Of a DNA stretch of 64,000 nt, positions 1 to 13,100 are shown in pieces. Position numbers and translations under genes: made by a program. The notes beneath the pieces were generated by a model that made no database searches, was not told the DNA's origin, and was given only the letters and a program-made list of their open reading frames with translations. Origin of the DNA: Myxococcales bacterium (GTDB taxonomy: Bacteria > Myxococcota_A > UBA9042); assembly GCA_037441385.1 (NCBI GenBank), contig JBBISH010000002.1:1-64000 (forward strand), in the 5' to 3' direction. The first letter of the stretch is position 1. Every line of letters begins with the position of its first letter.

Positions 1-90
1 GGGCGGCCCGGGGCGAGGCGGTCGAATTCGTCAGCTTCCCGCTGTACAGCTTCGCCTGCGCGTCGGTGGCGGTTCCGGTCGGCCCTGTCC

Positions 91-1302
91 TCAATGAAAA
101 TGCGGAGTAGAAAATGCCCCCCTTTGCTTTTCCACGGCCGCGCGGCAGCGGCGCTGGTCGTCAACCCCGCCCCCTTGGCATCGCCAGCAGTGCCCCTGCC
201 CGTGGCGGCCCAGCTGCGACTCGGCGTAGGCCCGCAGCGTGGCCGGGGAAATCTGGGCGCGCACGCCATAGTGCAGGCGCTCTGCCACTTCGCGCAGCCG
301 GTCCAGGCAGTCGCTCAGGTCCGCGCTCTCGATCTCGAGATCCGGTGCAAGATCTTCGTCGCGGTCGGGCTCGCTCCCGGCATCGGCATCGCCGCCCAGC
401 CAGAGCCGCCGAAAGAACGCCAGCACGCGCGGATGGTTCCACTGGATCTCCCCGCGCGGGCCAAGGGGCTGCAGCGTCACCGGCGCGGGCTGGTCCTCGT
501 CGCCCGCAAACCCGTCCAGAGCGACCGTCTCGACACGCTCCGCCACGCCGTCGCCATCCAGGTCCACCACCCCGAGCAGGGTGTGAGCGCCCACGAGACA
601 GCCCTCGCCACCGCCCGGTCCCGCGCGCCAACGACCGGACTGTAGCTGAAACACCGAAAACCCCTTGCAGAAATCCTGGTCGAACGCCACGTGGACAACG
701 ACGCTCCCATCGGCCGCCACCGCAAACGGCACGTCGCGCCACCACTCCGCCGCGGCGACCGGCGACTCGTCCAACGACCAAGGCGGCAGATCGCCCACCG
801 GCAGCGCCGACCACGGCGTCGCCAGCCAATGGTGCACCGGCACCTCGGGGTTCGCCGGGCCGGGCCGCGCCACCACCGTGCCGTGACCGTCGCTATCGAA
901 CAACACCACCTGCGCCACCCGGTTGCCGCCCTGCGCTACCGCCACCAGCCCGGCCGGCGTGGAACGCGCCCAGCAGCGCAGGTTCTGCGGGTCGCCCAGC
1001 GCCGCCAGACTCAGCATAATCGCCGACAGTTGCTGGGGATTCGCGCCCTGCCGACGCAGCATCTGCTCGCACCCGCCCAGCTCCGCGGCAGGTGTGGCAG
1101 TCCCCGGCAGCGGCGCCGCAGGTTCGGAATCCGCCGGGGTGGCGGGCACAGGGACAGGGACCGGGACCGCGACGGGAACCGGGGCCAGAGCCGGAACCGG
1201 GGCCAAAACCGGCTCGGGAGCGGCGACAGGCGCCCTCCGACAGCCCGCCGACAGCCCCAACACCCCACAAATCAACCAGATGCCAACCGTCCCAACGCGC
1301 AT
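91..1302 (-). CDS. Hypothetical lipoprotein with Pro/Val-rich linker and one FG-GAP-like Ca-binding motif
   Basis: Start reassigned to ATG 1302 (MRVGTVGIWLICGVLGLSAGC, lipobox-like). PVPVPVP linker, DLDGDGVAE motif. Follows the DUF3160 gene on the same strand. Confidence 0.6.
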   Translation of the reverse strand: MRVGTVGIWLICGVLGLSAGCRRAPVAAPEPVLAPVPALAPVPVAVPVPVPVPATPADSEPAAPLPGTATPAAELGGCEQMLRRQGANPQQLSAIMLSLAALGDPQNLRCWARSTPAGLVAVAQGGNRVAQVVLFDSDGHGTVVARPGPANPEVPVHHWLATPWSALPVGDLPPWSLDESPVAAAEWWRDVPFAVAADGSVVVHVAFDQDFCKGFSVFQLQSGRWRAGPGGGEGCLVGAHTLLGVVDLDGDGVAERVETVALDGFAGDEDQPAPVTLQPLGPRGEIQWNHPRVLAFFRRLWLGGDADAGSEPDRDEDLAPDLEIESADLSDCLDRLREVAERLHYGVRAQISPATLRAYAESQLGRHGQGHCWRCQGGGVDDQRRCRAAVEKQRGAFSTPHFH

Positions 1303-1357
1303 ACCTGCCTTTGTCGCACTGCGCCGCTCCAAGCGCAACTGCCCGGCGCTCCAAAGG

Positions 1358-3625
1358 CTACTCGGACGCAGCAAAGCTCCCCGTCCAGGCCGGGGGCGGC
1401 GGCGCCTTGCCGTCTTTGAGCATCTGCTTCCAATCCTCGTCGCTCAACCGCTCGATCTTCTTCCAGTCCACCTCGTGATACCGGTACACGGGCCCCACAA
1501 AGGCCTCGCCGCCCTCGCACGTATCCACCGTGAGCACCATCAAATCCGCGTTGCTCGTCGCCACATGCAACACATCCGGCCCCGGCAGCGGCCCCTGGTT
1601 CGGGTTCGTGTGCACGTCGGCGATCGTCGGCTTGAAGGCATCCAAGCTGTCGGCCTGGAAGAACAGCTTCGTATACCAGCCCGTGTAGACGATCCCGCAG
1701 ATATTCGCCGACGAAATCACCCCCTTGAGGAAGGTGATGTCCTGCTCCGTGGCCCCCTCTGGGCTCAGCTCGTGCGTCGCCGCCAGCTCCAACTTACCCA
1801 TGATGTCCTGCCAATCCGTAAAGAACGTGCCTAGTTGCGCCTTCACGGTCGCCGGCACGGCCGGGGCGTTCAGCAACGCCTGGCCCGCCACCGCACCCAG
1901 CAGCTTCAGCTTGGCGAACAGCGCCGGATTCGGCTCGACGTACGCTCCCGGATGCGAACACGACGCCGCGCCCGTGTAGCTCTGCTTCGCATACAGCAGC
2001 GTGTCGTGCCGCAGCTGCGCCCACGAGGCCAGCTGGGTGTGCACCGTCTTGTCGCGCCACGCCGGCGTCCGCAGCGCAAACGGGAACTTGGCCGCCGTCG
2101 TCGGCGCATTCAGCTGGCGCAGGCTGTCTAGCCACAGGTTGTAGACGTTGCCCTGCCAGAAGTCAGCGCCGTGCTGATCCACCAGCCACCGCAAGTCGTG
2201 CAGCGCTCCCCAATACGGGAACTTGCTGAAGTCGCTAGAAAGCAGCGGCAGCACCTGATCGTTGCCCAGCACGAACAACGCGTCGAGCGGGCTCGGCAAC
2301 ACCCGCTGCACCTTGCCGCCCTGCCACAGCACGCGGTCGTACACCACGTTGCTGAACACGTACGAGTCGATCACGAAGCGCTGACCCAGCAAGGCGAACG
2401 ACGGCGGCAGCGGGGTCGCCTCGGCGCTGAACGGGTCCGTCTCCAGATAGTGGCTGGCGATCTGCTGCGAGCCGTAGGCGCCGCCCGCCAGTTTGTCCAC
2501 CACGGCCGCGATCTGCGCCTCGCTCAGGTTCGCCACCGCCGACGGATCGCCCCAGCCCTGATCAGCCACCAGCTTCTTCAGGCCCGCCAAGTTGATGTAG
2601 TCGATCGGCCCGACCATCAGCGTCACCAGGTCGTCCACCGACTGCACCCCCGCCAGGGCCCCGCCCTGCTCCACCGCCTGCTGCAGCAGGATCGCCGCCA
2701 TCACCTGCCGCGGCCGCCACAGCCACTTGCCGGCCAGCGAGTCGAACTCGGCAAAGCGCAAATCGGTCCGCCCCAGCCACATCATCGCCTTGAAATAGCG
2801 CTGCAATTCCGGGGTCGCGGTGTAGTGGCCGCGCGGTTTGAACTGGCTGTAGTCCTCGGTCCGCGCCACGCCGAACAGCTCCACGTCGGTCATCTGCTCC
2901 GCCGCGATGTAGCCAAGGAACTTGGTCACCAGGGCGTCCACCGCCGCGCCACCTTGGGCCTTCTCGGTCTTGCCGCTCAGCAGCGAGCGCGCCACCGTCA
3001 AGTAGAAGTCCACGTCGTCCTTGGCCTTCTTGGCGTCCGCCGCCGCCCCCGGCTGCAGCGCCGGTACGGCCGCGTGGGCCTTGGCCAGACTCTCTTGCAG
3101 GATGCCCAGCAACGCATACTGCTCAAGAGTACTCAGGATGTCGTCGTACGAGCTGTGCAGCGCCTGGAGCACCGCGTCCGACGTCACCACAACCGGCAGG
3201 TCCTTCTGGAACGTGGTCAGCAGCGCGTTCGCCATCGTGGGGTACGTCAGGCGGCGGGCCACCACAAAGCCGTTTTCCTTCAGCTTTTGCTGCTCTGCCG
3301 CCGTCAGCGCCAGCTTCTCCTGGACCACGTCCATGTGCAGGGCCTTCAGGGGATCGTACGTTGGCGTGATCGGCTTCGCCGCGTCCGCGGGCGTGTGAAG
3401 CGCCAAGAACTCTTCAAGTTTCATATCCTTGGCCTTAGCCAGCACGGGCGCATAGGCCGCTTTGAACTGGGGATCGGTGGTGACCGGCGGCGGCTTCGCG
3501 TCGCCCTGGACGTCGGCAGAAACGCCAGCATCGGCGGGGCTTTGCGAGCTAGGGGTCGACGAACACGCGCCCGTCAGCGCCAAGAGCGCGACCAGGGACC
3601 ACGAACGGGACAGGCGAGACAACAT
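1358..3625 (-). CDS. DUF3160 domain-containing lipoprotein
   Basis: Start at ATG 3625 (MLSRLSRSWSLVALLALTGAC lipobox). Motifs DYSQFKPRGHYT, YFKAMMWLGR and LASWAQLRHDTLLYAKQSY are typical of DUF3160. Confidence 0.85.
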   Translation of the reverse strand: MLSRLSRSWSLVALLALTGACSSTPSSQSPADAGVSADVQGDAKPPPVTTDPQFKAAYAPVLAKAKDMKLEEFLALHTPADAAKPITPTYDPLKALHMDVVQEKLALTAAEQQKLKENGFVVARRLTYPTMANALLTTFQKDLPVVVTSDAVLQALHSSYDDILSTLEQYALLGILQESLAKAHAAVPALQPGAAADAKKAKDDVDFYLTVARSLLSGKTEKAQGGAAVDALVTKFLGYIAAEQMTDVELFGVARTEDYSQFKPRGHYTATPELQRYFKAMMWLGRTDLRFAEFDSLAGKWLWRPRQVMAAILLQQAVEQGGALAGVQSVDDLVTLMVGPIDYINLAGLKKLVADQGWGDPSAVANLSEAQIAAVVDKLAGGAYGSQQIASHYLETDPFSAEATPLPPSFALLGQRFVIDSYVFSNVVYDRVLWQGGKVQRVLPSPLDALFVLGNDQVLPLLSSDFSKFPYWGALHDLRWLVDQHGADFWQGNVYNLWLDSLRQLNAPTTAAKFPFALRTPAWRDKTVHTQLASWAQLRHDTLLYAKQSYTGAASCSHPGAYVEPNPALFAKLKLLGAVAGQALLNAPAVPATVKAQLGTFFTDWQDIMGKLELAATHELSPEGATEQDITFLKGVISSANICGIVYTGWYTKLFFQADSLDAFKPTIADVHTNPNQGPLPGPDVLHVATSNADLMVLTVDTCEGGEAFVGPVYRYHEVDWKKIERLSDEDWKQMLKDGKAPPPPAWTGSFAASE

Positions 3626-3896
3626 GGCAACCTCCACTTGGCACGCGGACGCAGAAACCGCCCGAGCGCCTCCTGCCGGTTGTGAATGCAAGTTGCGCGC
3701 CAGCTCGGATCGCCCAGAATCAGGCACAATCCTTGACGTTTTGGCCCACGCCGGCTGGGCCAGTGTAGAAATTTTCCACTTTTGCCGAGGAATTCGACAC
3801 AGCGGCCCGCGAGAAAGCGACGCTTGCGCCGCCCGCGCGCTTCCGGCACGCTCATCCCACCCCCTCTCCCGCCGCTGCGGGCCGCGAGTCGACATC

Positions 3897-4700
3897 ATGG
3901 CGTGCACTCCCCGATTTGGCCGACTCGGCGCCTGGTTGGCCGCCATTCTGCTGGTCAGCCTGGCCGGCTGCGCCGCCGACGACGCCCCCGAGGCCATCAC
4001 CAACGCCACCTTCTGGCTCTGGCGCAACTACGACACCGGCACCGACGAGCGCCTGGCCGACGCGATCGTGGCGCTCAACGGCAGCGTGACCGCCGTCACC
4101 GCCGACGAGCCCATGAAAGTGCTGATGGGCAACCTGAACAGCGCCGACGTCAAGCTGGTCGGGCGCACCGGCGTGGACGCGAGCAAAGCGGTGGGCATGC
4201 TGGTCGTGACCGAATTTGCCTGCAAAATGGCCCAGATCGAGAAGATCCACACCGCTTCGGAGCAAGCCGCCTTGCACCCCGACGCGTACAAGTCGTACGT
4301 GCGCACCTTTGTCAGCAGCCGCGACGAGTTCCTGGCCGGCAAGCGCAACTTCTTGGACTGGACCACCGAGCTGACCAGCAAGTACGCCACCGAATCGCTC
4401 GCCGGCAGCGCCCGCCACGTGCCCGACCTGGGCAAGGCCAAGAGCCCGTTTGGCGCCGCACTGGTCTCGCGCACCTACTTGACCAAAGCGGCCACCGGGA
4501 CCGAATGGCCGCAGGACTACCAAATCGAGGCCTACTACGAGCGCACTCCCGGTCGCATGGTCCACATGTTCGCCGTGTGGCGCGAGGCGACCTTCAGCGG
4601 CTTCTCGACCGACTCGTCGTTCTTGCAAAAGATCCAGATGAAGGGCTTTGTGGACTGGGACGCTGAGGTCGAGACGGCATGCAAGTCTGGAAAATACTAG
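3897..4700 (+). CDS. Hypothetical lipoprotein
   Basis: ATG 3897, lipobox LAGC, coding-like composition; overlaps the start of the next gene. Confidence 0.7.
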   Translation: MACTPRFGRLGAWLAAILLVSLAGCAADDAPEAITNATFWLWRNYDTGTDERLADAIVALNGSVTAVTADEPMKVLMGNLNSADVKLVGRTGVDASKAVGMLVVTEFACKMAQIEKIHTASEQAALHPDAYKSYVRTFVSSRDEFLAGKRNFLDWTTELTSKYATESLAGSARHVPDLGKAKSPFGAALVSRTYLTKAATGTEWPQDYQIEAYYERTPGRMVHMFAVWREATFSGFSTDSSFLQKIQMKGFVDWDAEVETACKSGKY

Positions 4701-6133
4701 CACTTTCTTGCTGCATGCTTGGCTGCGCCACCACCGCGCCCCTGCAGCTGGGGGTGTCGCCGCCCGAGCTGGACCGCCACGCGCGCGCGCCGGATTGGCA
4801 GGTGGCCGGCCCCGAGGCGGTCGCCTGGCTCCAGGACTACCTGCGGGTCGACACCAGTAACCCGCCGGGCCACGAGGCGCGCGCCGCCGATTTCTTGAGC
4901 GCGATCCTGGCCAAAGAGGGCATCGCCAGCGAACGGATCGAGCACGCCCCCGGCCGCCAGAGCTTGATCGCGCGCCTGCCGGCGACCGCGACCGCCACCA
5001 TCGCCGGCGAAGCGGAAAAACCGCTGTGCTTGCTGGCCCATACCGATGTGGTGACGGCGGAGCCGGCGCAGTGGCCGGCGGGCAAGGGGCCGCTGTCGGG
5101 CGCGAACGATGGCACCTACGTATGGGGCCGCGGCGCGCTGGACATGAAAGGCATGGGCATCCTGGAGCTGGCCACCTTGATCGAGCTCAAGCGTCAGGCC
5201 GTGCCGCTGCGCCGGCCCGTGGTGCTGCTGGCGGTCGCAGACGAAGAAGTGGACAACCGCGGCATGCGCGAGTTGGTCGAAAAGCACTGGGCCAAGATCG
5301 GCTGCTCGCACCTGATCAACGAGGGCGGGCTGGGGGTCCGCGGCGTGCTGGCGCCGGGCCAGACCGTGTTCGGTATCTCGGTCGCGGAAAAGGGCTTGCT
5401 TTGGCTGCGGTTGACCGCGCACGGCAAGTCGGGCCACGGCTCCACGCCGCTGCCGGGGCGGGCGCCCGATCGCCTGCTGGACGCGCTGGAAAAGCTGCGC
5501 AAGCGCGAGTTGGTGGCGCACGTGCACCCCAGCGTGTACGGGGCGCTTGCCGCTGCCGGCAAACAGGTAGGCGGCGTCAAGGGTTGGGTGCTGCAGCGGC
5601 CGTTCTGGGTGGATCACCTGGCGCTGGGAACGCTGATGGACGAGCCCGGTTCGCGGGCCATGCTCACCAATACCTGCAGCGTCACGGGCTTTTCGGGCAT
5701 GTTCGAGCCCAACGTGGTGCCCAGCGAGGTCAGCGCCCAGCTGGACTGCCGGGTGTTGCCGGGCACACAACCCGCGGATTTGCTCAAGGAGCTCCAGGCG
5801 GTGGTCGGCGACGACCAGGTGAGCTGGCAGGTGCTGCACCAGGCGCCGGCCACGGAATCGCCCAGCGACGACCCGCTGTTCCGGGCCCTGGCGCGGCGCG
5901 CCATCGAGAACCGGAGCGATGCGGCCGTGGGGCCGCTGCTGTCGGTGGGCTTTACCGACTCGATGTACGCTCGGCAAATCGGCGTGCGCGCCTACGGTTT
6001 TGTCCCCATCGCCATCGACCGCGAGCTCGCCGAGACGATGCACGGCGTGGCCGAGCGCATCCCGATTGCCGAGTTTGTGCGCGGCCTTGGCGTGCTGTAC
6101 CGGGCGGTGGTCGACGTGGCGGCCGCACCGTGA
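4679..6133 (+). CDS. M20/M25/M40 family metallopeptidase (predicted lipoprotein)
   Basis: Motifs LAHTDVV, GRGALDMKG, ADEE, GHGS and MHG; N-terminal MLGC lipobox-like sequence. Confidence 0.9.
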   Translation: MQVWKILALSCCMLGCATTAPLQLGVSPPELDRHARAPDWQVAGPEAVAWLQDYLRVDTSNPPGHEARAADFLSAILAKEGIASERIEHAPGRQSLIARLPATATATIAGEAEKPLCLLAHTDVVTAEPAQWPAGKGPLSGANDGTYVWGRGALDMKGMGILELATLIELKRQAVPLRRPVVLLAVADEEVDNRGMRELVEKHWAKIGCSHLINEGGLGVRGVLAPGQTVFGISVAEKGLLWLRLTAHGKSGHGSTPLPGRAPDRLLDALEKLRKRELVAHVHPSVYGALAAAGKQVGGVKGWVLQRPFWVDHLALGTLMDEPGSRAMLTNTCSVTGFSGMFEPNVVPSEVSAQLDCRVLPGTQPADLLKELQAVVGDDQVSWQVLHQAPATESPSDDPLFRALARRAIENRSDAAVGPLLSVGFTDSMYARQIGVRAYGFVPIAIDRELAETMHGVAERIPIAEFVRGLGVLYRAVVDVAAAP

Positions 6134-7443
6134 CGCGATGGCTGGCCCTGCTGTGGGCGGCAGCGCTGCTGTCGGCCGTTCCGGTGTGGGCGGAGGACCT
6201 GCCGCAAGCCGCGACCGCGACGACGGAAATCGCCCTGCCCGCCCGCATCGATGCCCTGGAAGTGCGCGGCCTGTGGCGGACCGAGCGCGGCGTGGTCGAG
6301 CGCGAATTGCCCTGGCGGGTCGGCGAAGTGGTCGGCGGCGAGGCTTGGCGCGAGGGCCTGGCCAAGCTGTGGAACATGGGGCTGTTTTCGCGCGTGGCGG
6401 CGGAAGTACAGCAGCAGGCGGGTCGAACCGTCGCCGTCGTAACAGTCGAAGAGCGCTGGACGCTGAACCCGCTGTTCTTGTTCGCCGTGTTGGTGCAGCG
6501 CGAGGCCAAGCCCGGCGAGTCGTCCAGCTGGTGGTCGCTGGGCGCCGAGGACACCAATGTTTTTGGCGAGTTTCTAGACGTAGCGGCCGCCTACGAACAG
6601 TTCAACAAGTACTCGGGCGGGCGGGTGTGGCTGCACGATCCGCGCTGGTTGGGGCGCCGCCTGGACGCCTTGATTCAGTGGGACTATCTGGTGCGGCCGC
6701 GCGTGGGCTTTGCCGACCGCCGCATGCTCGTACGCGCCGAGTTGAACCGCCTGCTGGACGGCGATCGCGTCAAGATCGGCGCGCGCCTGGACTTGCAGCG
6801 CGACACGTTCTTTGACGCGGGTGACACGCCGCCCGCGCTGCCGCCCGACGCCAAAAGCGCCCTCTTGGACTTGGGATTGCGCCTGGGCCGGGTAGACGTG
6901 GTGCGGCTGCGGCAAGTCGGGCAGTCGCTGGAAGTCCGCGCGGGGGTGGGTGCGAGCGCGCTGGTCGACGCCCCGGGGCAGGTCCACACGCAAGCGTGGC
7001 TGCAGGGGCTTGGGTTCTGGACCCTGGGCGAGCGCTGGAACCTGGCCTTGCGGGTCCAAGCCGGGCACCAAAGCGCCAATACGCCCGCCCACTTGCAATA
7101 CTTCTTGGGCGGATTGTACGAGGTCCGTGGCGTACGCGACAGCTTCTTGCGCACCGATCGCTTCGCGCTAGCCAACGCGGAAGTCCGCTACATCGCTGCG
7201 GATTGGACGTGGCTGGCGATCGTGCCGGCGGTCTTTGCCGACGCGGTGGTTGGGCGCGACGCGGAACGCAGCTGGACCACGCTGGTCAGCGCGGGTGGCG
7301 GGGTGCGCTTGCTGGTGCCGCGGTTTGTCCGCACAGGCGTGCGCATCGACGTGGCCGCGCCGCTGGTGGGCATGCCGTGCACATCGGGCGGCCTCTTCGG
7401 TACCTGCGCGGGGATGTCGCTCGGCGTCTATCAGTTCTTCTAA
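6130..7443 (+). CDS. Omp85/BamA-TamA family outer-membrane protein (single POTRA plus beta-barrel)
   Basis: GTG 6130 overlaps the upstream TGA. Signal peptide, POTRA-like segment (GLWRTERGVVERE...LWNMGLFSRV), LGG..VRG motif, C-terminal Phe (VYQFF). Confidence 0.75.
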   Translation: MTRWLALLWAAALLSAVPVWAEDLPQAATATTEIALPARIDALEVRGLWRTERGVVERELPWRVGEVVGGEAWREGLAKLWNMGLFSRVAAEVQQQAGRTVAVVTVEERWTLNPLFLFAVLVQREAKPGESSSWWSLGAEDTNVFGEFLDVAAAYEQFNKYSGGRVWLHDPRWLGRRLDALIQWDYLVRPRVGFADRRMLVRAELNRLLDGDRVKIGARLDLQRDTFFDAGDTPPALPPDAKSALLDLGLRLGRVDVVRLRQVGQSLEVRAGVGASALVDAPGQVHTQAWLQGLGFWTLGERWNLALRVQAGHQSANTPAHLQYFLGGLYEVRGVRDSFLRTDRFALANAEVRYIAADWTWLAIVPAVFADAVVGRDAERSWTTLVSAGGGVRLLVPRFVRTGVRIDVAAPLVGMPCTSGGLFGTCAGMSLGVYQFF

Positions 7444-7718
7444 CTTCAGAGACGGTAAGGCGAACTGCGGCTTCAGCCCGCAGCCCGGTTTTCCACCCCC
7501 AAGTTGGGCGCAAGCGAGCGCCTGCAGCGACTCGCCGCGCCGAATTTCAAGGTCCAAGAGGGCGAAAAAACGCTAGAACACCAATCACAAATCTCCGAGG
7601 TTCAGAGCAACGAAACCTCTCGCGGACGAAAACTCGTTGATGCTCAGTGGGTCGCAAGCGGGCGCTAGCGCGACCCGCCGCGACGTTGGCCCGCGGGTTC
7701 GGGTTTCTGATTGGTGCT

Positions 7719-8900
7719 CTAGAGGGCGCGCTTTTCCAGGATCTCCACGGCCGGGAGAACTTTGCCTTCCAGGTACTCCAGGAACGCGCCGCCCGCGGTC
7801 GAGATGTACGAGACTTTGTCGTAGATGTCGTACTTCTGGATCGCCGCGATCGTGTCGCCGCCGCCCGCCAGCGTGAATGCCTTGGTCTGAGCGATGGCCA
7901 TCGCCACGGTCTTGGTGCCCTCGCCAAACTGGTCGAACTCGAACACGCCGACCGGGCCGTTCCACACCACCGTCCCCGCATTGCGGATGATTTCGGCCAG
8001 CTGCGCCGCCGATTGCGGGCCGATGTCGAGAATCATGTCGTCGTCCGCAACCTGATCCGCGCTCTTGACGACCGCCGGCTCGTTCGCGTCGAACTGCTTG
8101 CCGCACACTACGTCTGTGGCGATCGGGATGGTGGCGCCGCGGGCGGTCATCTTGGCGATGAGCGCCTGGGCAGTGGGGATCAACTCGTGCTCGCACAGCG
8201 ACTTGCCCACGTTCTTGCCGCTCGCCGCCAAGAAGGTGTTGGCAATACCACCGCCGACCACCAACTGCTCGCACTTGTCGGCCAGCGCCTCTAGCACCGT
8301 CAGCTTGGTCGAGACCTTGGACCCGCCCACGATCGCCACCATCGGCCGCGCCGGGTTCGCCAGGGCCTTGTCCAGCGCTTCCAGCTCCTCGGTCACCAGC
8401 ATGCCCGCGCAAGCGGTGGCCGCGAACTGAGCGACGCCGTAGGTCGACGCCTCGGCCCGGTGGGCGGTGCCGAAGGCGTCCATGACGAAGATATCGCACA
8501 GCGCCGCGTACTTGCGTGCCGTGGCTTCGCTGTTCTTCTTCTCGCCCTTGTTGACCCGGCAATTTTCGAGCAGCACGACCTCGCCTTCGCCCACCTCGAA
8601 GCCGCCGTCGACCCAATCCTTGATCAGGCGCACCGGCTTGCCGAGCTGAGCGGTCATCACCGCCGCCACCGGCGCCAGCGAGACTTCTTCGCTCCACTCC
8701 CCTTCGTTCGGCCGGCCCAGGTGCGACGTCACCATCACCTTGGCACCAGCTTGCAGGGCGTGGATCACCGTGGGCATCGACGCGGTGATGCGCGCGTCCG
8801 ACGTGACTTTGCCGTCTTTGACCGGCACGTTCAGGTCGGCGCGAATCAAGACGCGCTTGCCCTTGAGCGCCAGTTCAGTCATGCGAAGGAACTTAGCCAT
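7719..8900 (-). CDS. pgk: Phosphoglycerate kinase
   Basis: Motifs [26 protein letters not shown] and STAGGAFLE. Confidence 0.98.
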   Translation of the reverse strand: MAKFLRMTELALKGKRVLIRADLNVPVKDGKVTSDARITASMPTVIHALQAGAKVMVTSHLGRPNEGEWSEEVSLAPVAAVMTAQLGKPVRLIKDWVDGGFEVGEGEVVLLENCRVNKGEKKNSEATARKYAALCDIFVMDAFGTAHRAEASTYGVAQFAATACAGMLVTEELEALDKALANPARPMVAIVGGSKVSTKLTVLEALADKCEQLVVGGGIANTFLAASGKNVGKSLCEHELIPTAQALIAKMTARGATIPIATDVVCGKQFDANEPAVVKSADQVADDDMILDIGPQSAAQLAEIIRNAGTVVWNGPVGVFEFDQFGEGTKTVAMAIAQTKAFTLAGGGDTIAAIQKYDIYDKVSYISTAGGAFLEYLEGKVLPAVEILEKRAL

Positions 8901-8984
8901 AGGATCCTCCTGATGGACAGGGTGCGCGCAGCGGCGGCCCCGGGGCGATCGCCGCCCACAGGGCCCACCGCCGCCGCGAAGCGA

Positions 8985-10097
<1,113 letters not shown>

Positions 10098-10110
10098 TCA
10101 CTGGGACCGT

Positions 10111-13100
10111 CTAGAGGTACGAGGCCAAATAGCCGTCCCACACGTCGGCGCGGGCGTGGATGCCCCAATACAGGTCCTGGTGGGCATAGCCTGCAATCTC
10201 GCGGAGATCGAGCAGATTCGCGCCCGTCTGCCGCAAAAACTCACCCGTGTCCTGCAGCCCGCGCGGCAGCCACAGCTGATTGTGCTCGCCGGTAAACAGT
10301 ACCAGCTCCACGTCGCTCGGCGGGGTCATCTGCAAGTAGCTGGGCGGCGTGACCTGGCCGTAGCGCTTCCCATTTTCGTCAGGACCGTAGTCAAAGGCTT
10401 GCGAATGGCCGGCGCGCACCTGCTGCGAGATGTGGACGAAGGTATGGGCCGACAGGTAGCCGAATTCTTCGGCCAGCCGCTCGTGGGTCTCGTGGGCCAG
10501 ATTCTCGTGGCGGAAGGGCGAGCCGTACATGAAATTCATGCGATGGCACGCGGTGTTGGTGCACTCGGGGTGGACCAGGCCCAGCCCGGCCGACCACAGC
10601 GTGTGCAGCACGCGGTGGCCCGGATGATCGGCGCGCGCGGTCAAGTAGCCCAAGCCCGTGTCTTCCATGAGTTCGGCCACGCGCGCGTCCACCTTGAGCC
10701 GCGTCACCGTGGGCACCTCGAAGTGCAGGCCGATCGACGACAGCACGGCGCGCTCGATATTGTGGGCGTCGTGCGAAATCGCCCCGGTCATCAGGGCTTG
10801 CAGGATCGAGTTGGCGCCCATGCAGTGGCCGATGAGGCTCACCGGGGGCATGCCAACCTTGTGATAGGCTTGCTGGAGCACGTCCAGCGCGGCGGCGTAG
10901 TCGACCACGCTGGCCACGTCCAAGTCGAACTGGCTCATCTGCACTTTGCAGCTGGCGCGCCAATCCAGCAGCCACACGTCGTAGCCGCGCTCGCACAGCC
11001 ACGTGGCAAAATTGTCATGGTCGGGCAACGTGTCGAGCACGAAATTCGAGCTGGACACGCCAGCGCCATGGGCAACCAGGGCGATTTTCTTGTTGCGTCG
11101 TGGCTGGTTGGCCGGTGCATAGCGCGACACGAACAGGGTAAGGCGCTCGGCACCATCCGCGACCTTGCGCAGCCTGCCGTCCGCATAGCCCAACGTGGGG
11201 TACAGCGGCACATCGACGGGCAGGCGCTCGGCCAGTTGCACGGGCACGTGTTGGTGCGGCGGCGGGGCACAGGGCAGCGCCAGTTTCTGCTTGGCCCACT
11301 TGATCATGTCTTGGCGCGCCTGCTCGACCCGCGGCGGCAGCTGGGCGTGATCCATCGCTTCTTGCGCGATGAAACCCGTGGCGAGCGCCACCAAGCCGCC
11401 TGGCTCGGCCGCGCGGGCAAAGAAGCGGGCCACGTAAGCCTGCCAAAGCTCGCCAAAAAACAGCGCGCCAAAACGTGCCGCCAACAGCTTTTGTTCGCCG
11501 CTGGACTGGCCGCCGCTCAATTGGGTCGAGGCCAATTGCCGGGCGAAATCTACGGCCGTGAGCCGGGCAATGCCGCGCCAGACCACGTCTTTCTTGTTCC
11601 CGGCCGCAAAGACCTCGACCTTGAGGGTGGTCGTGTCGCGCCACGGATTGGGGACGATGTTCTCTGGATCGGGGATGGTCTTGATGCCCTCGAGTCGATA
11701 CAGCTTGCCCTCATGACCCACGAAGTCGATCTCGTAGCGCATGCGCCGCGAATAGAAGCCCTCGTCGGCGGTCAACAGCTCCAGCGTGCCGGACTGCACG
11801 GCCACGCCCTGGGGCTCGGTCAGTCCGTGGACTGCCACCAGGCCCGACAGCTGCACGATGTGGCGGGGCTCGGCCAAGAACGACGCAATGCTCGCCAGAT
11901 TCAAGGTGAGCCACAGCTGCACCCGCTGTCCGCGCACCCGGCCCGCGCGGCAGTCGGTGTCAAAGGCGGTGGGCACCAGACTGGGCACCATCCCGCGTAG
12001 GCAGCGCGTCAAAATACCGCTGGCGGGCACACCGCCAAAGCCGTGCATGTACTCGTCCATCACCAGCGACACGGGCTGGGTCTTGGGCGGGATTCCCTGC
12101 AGAACGATCGGGAGTTCCGTGGGTGGAGTGGGCACACTCGCCTTGGGTGGCAGTAGGCCCCCCTCTAGGATGCCGTCCAAGTGGTGCTCGGCCACGGCGC
12201 AGATGGTGTGGGCCGGGTTCACGCCCACGCTGTCGGGAAAGATCGACGCGTCTAGGACATACAGGCCGTCCATGCCGATGACTTTGCCCAAGCGGTCGAC
12301 CACGCCGCCCATGGCGCAGCCGCCCTGGCTGTGGACGGTGACGGCGGTGTGCGCATAGCTCTGGGTTGGCGTCAGGACAAACGAGCCGCCCATGGCCGCG
12401 GCCAGATCGCTGGCCACCGCGCATTGCTCTTCGGTCACAGGCCAATTGGCGGCGTTGTCCCAGCGGATCTCCATGCGCGCCAGGTCGTCGGGCTGCTGTT
12501 CCAGCCGCATCGTCCCCTGCGCCAGGTCGCGGCCCATCATCAGCAACACGGCCACCGAGTCCAGGGTCGCGGGCGCGGCCGCTTGCGGGGTGGTCCGGTG
12601 GCCGGGGTGGGTCGACGCAGCTTTGCGGAAGGCTTGCTTGACCTTGCCCAGGTGCGGCCGGGCGTGCTGCAGCGCGCGCTTGGTCGCCGTATCGCTGCCG
12701 CCCAGCGTGTCGAGTAAGCTCACCAAACGCTTGGAGATTCCACCGTCTTCGACCAGGAAGTAGGCGGTGTTGCCGCCGGGCAGCGTGCGCTGGTGGACCA
12801 GCACCGAGGTGATGACGGGGCCGATGCCGACCTCGGCCGTAGAGCTGCTGCCCGTCACGAGACCGAAGGTATCGGCGTTGGCGCTGTATTTCTTGCCGAT
12901 TTGCGCCACAACCGTGGGGGCAAGCTGCAGCCCGGCGTCCACGGAGCGCAGCAGCAGGGCCGGGCTGTGGATGGCGCCGCCGCAGACAAAGACGTTTTCA
13001 GCAGTGACGACCTGCTCCTGCCAGGTGGCGCGGCCATTGACCTCGACGTAGCGGCGCATCCGCACGGCAAAGGACCCCGGCTGGCCCGTGATGGCGATGG

